Assembly (NCBI GenBank): GCA_034005005.1
Contig: JAVEVO010000003.1
Location: 25,493-89,492 of the forward strand
Direction of reading: 5' to 3'
Source of the DNA: Myxococcota bacterium
GTDB lineage: Bacteria > Myxococcota_A > JAVEVO01
Length of the DNA: 64,000 nt
The notes under the pieces were generated by a model, which saw only the letters and a program-made list of their open reading frames with translations, searched no databases and was not told the DNA's origin. A program made the translations under genes and the position numbers. Positions 55,478 through 64,000 of this stretch are shown here, one piece after another (the stretch's first letter is position 1; each line of letters opens with the position of its first letter).

Positions 55478-56073
55478 GCGCGGCGATGCTGACCGAGCCG
55501 GAGCAGGAGGTCCTGCTCCGCTGGGCGCGAGAGGTGCTGGAAGGCCTGCTGCACGAGGGCGAGACGCCCGCGCTGGAGGGGCGGCGCTTTCCGCCGGCGC
55601 TGGTGCAGCCTGCTGGTGCTTTCGTCACCCTGCACCTCGGCGGCGAGCTGCGGGGCTGCATCGGCACCTTCTCCGCGGACCGCCCCCTGGTGGAGATCGT
55701 GCGGGAGATGGCCGTCGCCGCGGCGACCCAGGACCCCCGCTTCCGTCCCGTCCCCCGGGGGGAGCTGCCCCTGATCCAGCTCGAGATCTCGGTCCTCTCC
55801 CCCCGCTGGCCGAGCCGGGACCCCCTCGCCGAGCTCGAGATCGGCGTGCACGGGATCTACCTGACCCGGGGGTGGCACCGCGGCGTGCTGCTGCCCCAGG
55901 TCGCGTCCGAGCAGGGCTGGGATGCCGAGACCTTCCTCGCCCACACCTGCCGCAAGGCCGGGCTCGACGACGAGCAGGCCTGGCGCGCGCCCGACACCCG
56001 CATCGAGCTGTTCACCGCCCAGGTCTTCGGCGAGCCCGCGCGGCCGGACCCGGCCGGAGGAGGGGCGGTGTGA
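55474..56073 (+). CDS. AMMECR1 domain protein
   Basis: ATGA overlap with the NUDIX gene. Conserved LRGCIGTF and [12 protein letters not shown] motifs. Confidence 0.75.
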   Translation: MSAAMLTEPEQEVLLRWAREVLEGLLHEGETPALEGRRFPPALVQPAGAFVTLHLGGELRGCIGTFSADRPLVEIVREMAVAAATQDPRFRPVPRGELPLIQLEISVLSPRWPSRDPLAELEIGVHGIYLTRGWHRGVLLPQVASEQGWDAETFLAHTCRKAGLDDEQAWRAPDTRIELFTAQVFGEPARPDPAGGGAV

Positions 56074-59000
56074 CGTCGCCGACGAGCTGCCGGCCCCGTG
56101 GGTTGCGCTGGTCAGGGGGATGGACCGGCGGGCTGCTGCTGCTCGGAGTGCTGGTCGCGTGCTCCCCGGCGGCGCGGGAGCGAGACGCCGGTCCCGAGAC
56201 GCCCCCGGATGCCAGCGTCGACGCCGGGCCGGAGGACGCCGGGCCGGAGGACCTGGGGCTGGGGCCCGATGGCTGCCGGCCGGTCGCCGAGCGCTGCAAC
56301 GGGCTCGACGACGATTGCGACGGCTACACCGACGAGGACTTCCTGCTGGCGCGCGACCCCCAGCACTGTGGCGCGTGCGACCACCGCTGCCAGTACGGCA
56401 ACGGCGCGGGGGGCTGCCGGGACTCCCTCTGCTACCTCGCCCGCTGCACCCCCGGCTACGCGAACCTCGACGGCCGGGAGGACAACGGCTGCGAGAGCCG
56501 CTGCACCCTCTCCAACGGCGGCATCGAGATCTGCGACGGTCAGGACAACGACTGCAACGGCCTCGTCGACGACGGCTACGACCTCGTCGGTGATCCGGCC
56601 AACTGCGGCGAGTGCGGCCACCGCTGCAGCCTGCGTCATGCGGAGGCGGTCTGTCGGGGCGGCGAGTGCCGGATCGGCCGCTGCGATCCGAGCTGGTACG
56701 ACGAGGACGACGACCCCCTGACCGGCTGCGAGGCCACCTGCGCGCAGAGCAACGGGGGCGTGGAGGGCTGCGACGGGGAGGACAACGACTGCGACGGCCG
56801 GACCGACGAGGACTTCGATCTCCGGGACGATCCGGAGCACTGCGGCCGCTGCGGGCGGGTCTGCAGCTTCCCCAACGCCGTCCCCCGCTGCCTCGAGGGG
56901 GAGTGCGTCATCGATCGCTGCCTCGAGGGCTGGTCCGACGACGGCGTGCCCGAGGACGGGTGCGAGACCCCCTGCGTGCTCTCCAACGGCGGCGTCGAGA
57001 TCTGCGACGACCGGGACAACGACTGCGACGGGACCACCGACGACGGCTTCGACCTCGCGACCAACGTCGACCACTGCGGCCAGTGCGGGCGGGAGTGCCG
57101 GATCCCCAACGGGGTCGCGGTCTGCGTCGACTCCGAGTGCCTCGTGGGGACCTGCGAGGCCGGGTACATCGACGGGGACGGGCGCTACGACAACGGCTGC
57201 GAGACCCCCTGCGTGCCGGACGTCGACCCCTACGAGCTCTGCGACGGCCGGGACAACGACTGCGACGGCCAGACCGACGAGCTGTACGACCTGCAGCAGG
57301 ACCCGCTGCACTGCGGGGGGTGCGAGCGACCGTGCCGGTTCGCCAACGCGGTCGCGGGGTGCCGTCTCGGGGGGTGCGTCATCGAGCGCTGCGAGGAGGG
57401 CTTCGCCGACATCGATCGGCGGCGTGACAACGGCTGCGAGGCCCTCTGTCAGGTCACCAACGGGGGCCTCGAAGGCTGCGACGAGGTCGACAACGACTGC
57501 AACGGCATCGTCGACGACGGCTACGACCTCAACCGGGATCCCGACAACTGCGGCCAGTGCGACCGGGTCTGCCCCGCGGTGCCCCGGGCGACGCGCGCCT
57601 GCCTCGGGGGCGAGTGCGCGGTGGGCGAGTGCGCGGCCGGGTGGGTCGATGCGGACCTGCGGGTCGACACCGGCTGCGAGTACCCGTGCCTGCCGACCAA
57701 CGACGGGGTCGAGATCTGCGACGAGCGGGACAACGACTGCGACGGGACCGTCGACGAGGGCTTCGACAAGCAGCACGGCCTCGAGCACTGCGGCGGCTGC
57801 GATCGGCCCTGCGCCCCGGCCAACGCCCTGCCCGTGTGCGACGAGGGCGTCTGCCGGATCGCCCAGTGCGACGACGGCTGGTACGACGCGCAAAACGGCG
57901 TCAGCGACGGCTGCGAGCTGGCGTGCCGGGTCAGCGAGGGCGGCATCGAGCTCTGCGACGACCGCGACAACGACTGCAACGGCGTCGTCGACGACGGCTT
58001 CGACAAGCTCACCGACGAGGCGAACTGCGGCGTCTGCGGCAACTCCTGCCTGCAGCCGCACCGCCGCGTCGCGTGCGTCCAGGGGAACTGCCGGCAGTAC
58101 GATTGCATCACCGGCTGGGTCGACCAGAACCAGGACGCCGCGGACGGCTGCGAGTACGCCTGTGTCCTCACGGGCGAGGAGGTCTGCGACTGGCAGGACA
58201 ACGACTGCGACGGCGAGACCGACGAGGGGTTCGACCTGCTCACGAGCCTCGACCACTGCGGGCAGTGCCAGCGGAGCTGCCGCTATCCGAGCACGGTCAC
58301 CCGGTGCCAGGAGGGCCAGTGCCTCGTGCTCGGCTGCGAGCCCGGCTTCTGGAACGCGGACCGCCGGCTCGCCAACGGGTGCGAGTACTTCTGCGGGGTC
58401 AGCGAGGGGGGCGAGGAGATCTGCGACGGCCGGGACAACGACTGCAACGGCACCATCGACGACGGCTTCGACCTGCAGAACGATCCCCGCAACTGCGGGC
58501 AGTGCGGGCGCCGGTGCGATCTCGCCGGGGCCACCGCGTTCTGCCTGGCCGGGGAGTGCGCGGTCCAGCGCTGCGACGAGGGCCGGCGGGACGTCAACGA
58601 GGACCCGGCCGATGGCTGCGAGTGCACCCTCACCAACGGCGGGGTCGAGATCTGCGACGGTCGGGACAACGACTGCAGCGGCGTCATCGACGACAACCTC
58701 GGCCTGCCGCCCATCGCCTGCCTGCGCCTCGGCGTCTGCGCCGGGGTCCTGCCCCGTTGCGACGGCCTCGCCGGCTGGACCTGCCCCTATCCGGCGAGCT
58801 ACCAGGCGCAGGAGGCGCGCTGCGACGACCTCGACAACGACTGCGACGGGCAGGTCGACGAGGAGTTCCCAGCCAAGGGGGCGCCCTGCGGCGATGGGGT
58901 CGGGGTCTGTCGGGGCGAGGGTCGGCTGCGCTGCGACGAGCTGACCGAGGACGCGCTCCTCTGTCCCGCCACGGCCCACCCGGAGCGCCAGACCGCCGAG

Positions 59001-59657
59001 AGCTGCGACGGCCTCGACAACGACTGCGATGGCGAGACGGACGAAGGGACCGACGAGCTGGTCCAGATCGGCGATCTGCTCGTCTACAAGTACGAGGCTT
59101 CACGCACCGATGGGACCGAAGTCCTGCAGGGCGGCTCCTTCGCCCGGGCCTGCTCCGTCGCGGGTCGGCTCCCCTGGACCGGGGTCGACTGGGACACGGC
59201 CCGGCTGGCCTGCGCGCGCGCCGAGGGCGCGTACCTCTGCCGCGAGGCCGAGTGGCAGGGGGTCTGTGCGGGCGAGGCGGGCTGGCTGTACCCCTACGAC
59301 GCGGACGAGTACCAGGCCGGCGCCTGCAACGGGCTCGACCAGGGTGCGGGCCGCGTCCTGCCCACCGGCAGCCTCCCGGGCTGCGTCACCCCGAGCGGGG
59401 TCGCCGACCTCTCGGGCAACGTCTGGGAGTGGGTCGACGTCGACAAGTCCGCGGCCGGGGACGGCTCCATCCGGGCGTTTCTCGGCGGCGGCTACGGCAA
59501 CGTGGCCCTGGGCCTGAGCTGCACCTTCGACGTGGCCGCGGATCCCGGCACCGCCCGCGACAACATCGGCTTTCGCTGCTGCACCGACATCCAGTGCCAG
59601 GAGGTGCGCTGCGCGGCGGGGCAGTACTGCCGGCGGGGGGTGTGCCACGATCTCTGA
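56070..59657 (+). CDS. giant lipoprotein with ~16 MopE-type putative metal-binding repeats (CDGxDNDCDGxxDE) and C-terminal FGE-sulfatase (formylglycine-generating-enzyme-like) domain
   Basis: GTG overlaps the AMMECR1 stop (GTGA). Lipobox LLGVLVACS. Repeats such as ICDGQDNDCNGLVDDG are visible. The C-terminus (YEASRTDG...GSFARAC..RLPWTGVDWDTARLACA..GAYLCREAEWQGVC...GNVWEWVD...FRCC) is characteristic of the FGE-sulfatase/SUMF1 fold. Confidence 0.75.
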   Translation: MTSPTSCRPRGLRWSGGWTGGLLLLGVLVACSPAARERDAGPETPPDASVDAGPEDAGPEDLGLGPDGCRPVAERCNGLDDDCDGYTDEDFLLARDPQHCGACDHRCQYGNGAGGCRDSLCYLARCTPGYANLDGREDNGCESRCTLSNGGIEICDGQDNDCNGLVDDGYDLVGDPANCGECGHRCSLRHAEAVCRGGECRIGRCDPSWYDEDDDPLTGCEATCAQSNGGVEGCDGEDNDCDGRTDEDFDLRDDPEHCGRCGRVCSFPNAVPRCLEGECVIDRCLEGWSDDGVPEDGCETPCVLSNGGVEICDDRDNDCDGTTDDGFDLATNVDHCGQCGRECRIPNGVAVCVDSECLVGTCEAGYIDGDGRYDNGCETPCVPDVDPYELCDGRDNDCDGQTDELYDLQQDPLHCGGCERPCRFANAVAGCRLGGCVIERCEEGFADIDRRRDNGCEALCQVTNGGLEGCDEVDNDCNGIVDDGYDLNRDPDNCGQCDRVCPAVPRATRACLGGECAVGECAAGWVDADLRVDTGCEYPCLPTNDGVEICDERDNDCDGTVDEGFDKQHGLEHCGGCDRPCAPANALPVCDEGVCRIAQCDDGWYDAQNGVSDGCELACRVSEGGIELCDDRDNDCNGVVDDGFDKLTDEANCGVCGNSCLQPHRRVACVQGNCRQYDCITGWVDQNQDAADGCEYACVLTGEEVCDWQDNDCDGETDEGFDLLTSLDHCGQCQRSCRYPSTVTRCQEGQCLVLGCEPGFWNADRRLANGCEYFCGVSEGGEEICDGRDNDCNGTIDDGFDLQNDPRNCGQCGRRCDLAGATAFCLAGECAVQRCDEGRRDVNEDPADGCECTLTNGGVEICDGRDNDCSGVIDDNLGLPPIACLRLGVCAGVLPRCDGLAGWTCPYPASYQAQEARCDDLDNDCDGQVDEEFPAKGAPCGDGVGVCRGEGRLRCDELTEDALLCPATAHPERQTAESCDGLDNDCDGETDEGTDELVQIGDLLVYKYEASRTDGTEVLQGGSFARACSVAGRLPWTGVDWDTARLACARAEGAYLCREAEWQGVCAGEAGWLYPYDADEYQAGACNGLDQGAGRVLPTGSLPGCVTPSGVADLSGNVWEWVDVDKSAAGDGSIRAFLGGGYGNVALGLSCTFDVAADPGTARDNIGFRCCTDIQCQEVRCAAGQYCRRGVCHDL

Positions 59658-59717
59658 GCGGCCGGCGCGCAGCGCTCCGCCCGCGACCGGCCGCCGCTCG
59701 CCAGCACCCTCGGCGGG

Positions 59718-63668
<3,951 letters not shown>

Positions 63669-63775
63669 CCCGTCGACCGCCGCGTGGGGGGGTCCGAATG
63701 GCCGAGGCGATCGCCAGGATCGCCCACCTCATCCTAGACGGGGAGCCGGTCGCGAGGCAAGGCTGGCCAGGGAGC

Positions 63776-64000
63776 TAGCGCAGGTGCCGCGTCCGGTAGC
63801 GGAGCTTGCCGCCGACCAGGGTGCCGAGCACCCGCAGGCGGTAGAGATCCTCGATGTCGGTGTACAGGATGTCGGTGCTGAGCACCGTCATGTCGGCGAG
63901 CTTGCCGGGCTGCAGCGAGCCCTTGAGCTGTTCCTCGAACGCGGCGTGGGCCGCGTTGAGGGTCAGCGCCGCGAGCGCGTCGGCCGCGGGGAGCCGCTGC
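63776..64000 (-). CDS. amidohydrolase-family protein, C-terminal fragment (gene continues beyond window end)
   Basis: The minus-strand frame ends ...GKLADMTVLSTDILYTDIEDLYRLRVLGTLVGGKLRYRTRHLR*, typical of the Amidohydro_3 C-terminus. Confidence 0.5.

Noticed and set aside
55290-59657. 1455-aa track ORF start at 55290
   Set aside because: The 5' 780 nt overlap the NUDIX and AMMECR1 genes out of frame. A lipoprotein signal peptide appears only from the GTG at 56070.

Overview
This window is about 71% GC with strong third-position GC bias and is gene-dense. It looks like a Myxococcota (myxobacterial) chromosome segment, based on a MYXO-CTERM sorting tail, many MopE-type CxDxDNDCDG repeats, several eukaryotic-like Ser/Thr kinases and many TPR proteins. 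I called about 50 protein-coding genes and found no rRNA, tRNA or CRISPR array.

Main content, in order:
- Two large TPR proteins, plus the housekeeping genes rsmI and pcnB.
- A 1.58-kb cassette bounded by two near-identical 184-bp inverted repeats with CTAG termini. It carries a small lysine-rich peptide ORF and an OmpA-like coiled-coil lipoprotein.
- A translationally coupled signalling chain: HAMP-PP2C phosphatase, TPR protein, secreted binding-protein-like protein, receiver/HATPase-like protein and a Ser/Thr kinase.
- A DAHP synthase followed by a coupled lipoprotein, a beta-propeller protein with three CxxCH motifs and a propeller/PBP1 fusion.
- A poly-gamma-glutamate synthase locus: pgsB, pgsC and a third non-CapA gene.
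- A nucleoside housekeeping cluster: maf, HD hydrolase, pfkB kinase and mtnP.
- A thrombospondin-type-3 repeat protein followed by a complete Tad/Flp pilus locus, flp through tadG.
- A NUDIX-AMMECR1 pair coupled to a giant MopE-repeat lipoprotein with an FGE-sulfatase-like C-terminus. This converges on a second giant gene with vWA, MopE repeats and MYXO-CTERM.

Several short stretches inside genes have conspicuously low GC (about 45-55%), which suggests mosaic or horizontally acquired segments. Many long antisense ORFs in the six-frame track are high-GC artefacts and were not annotated.
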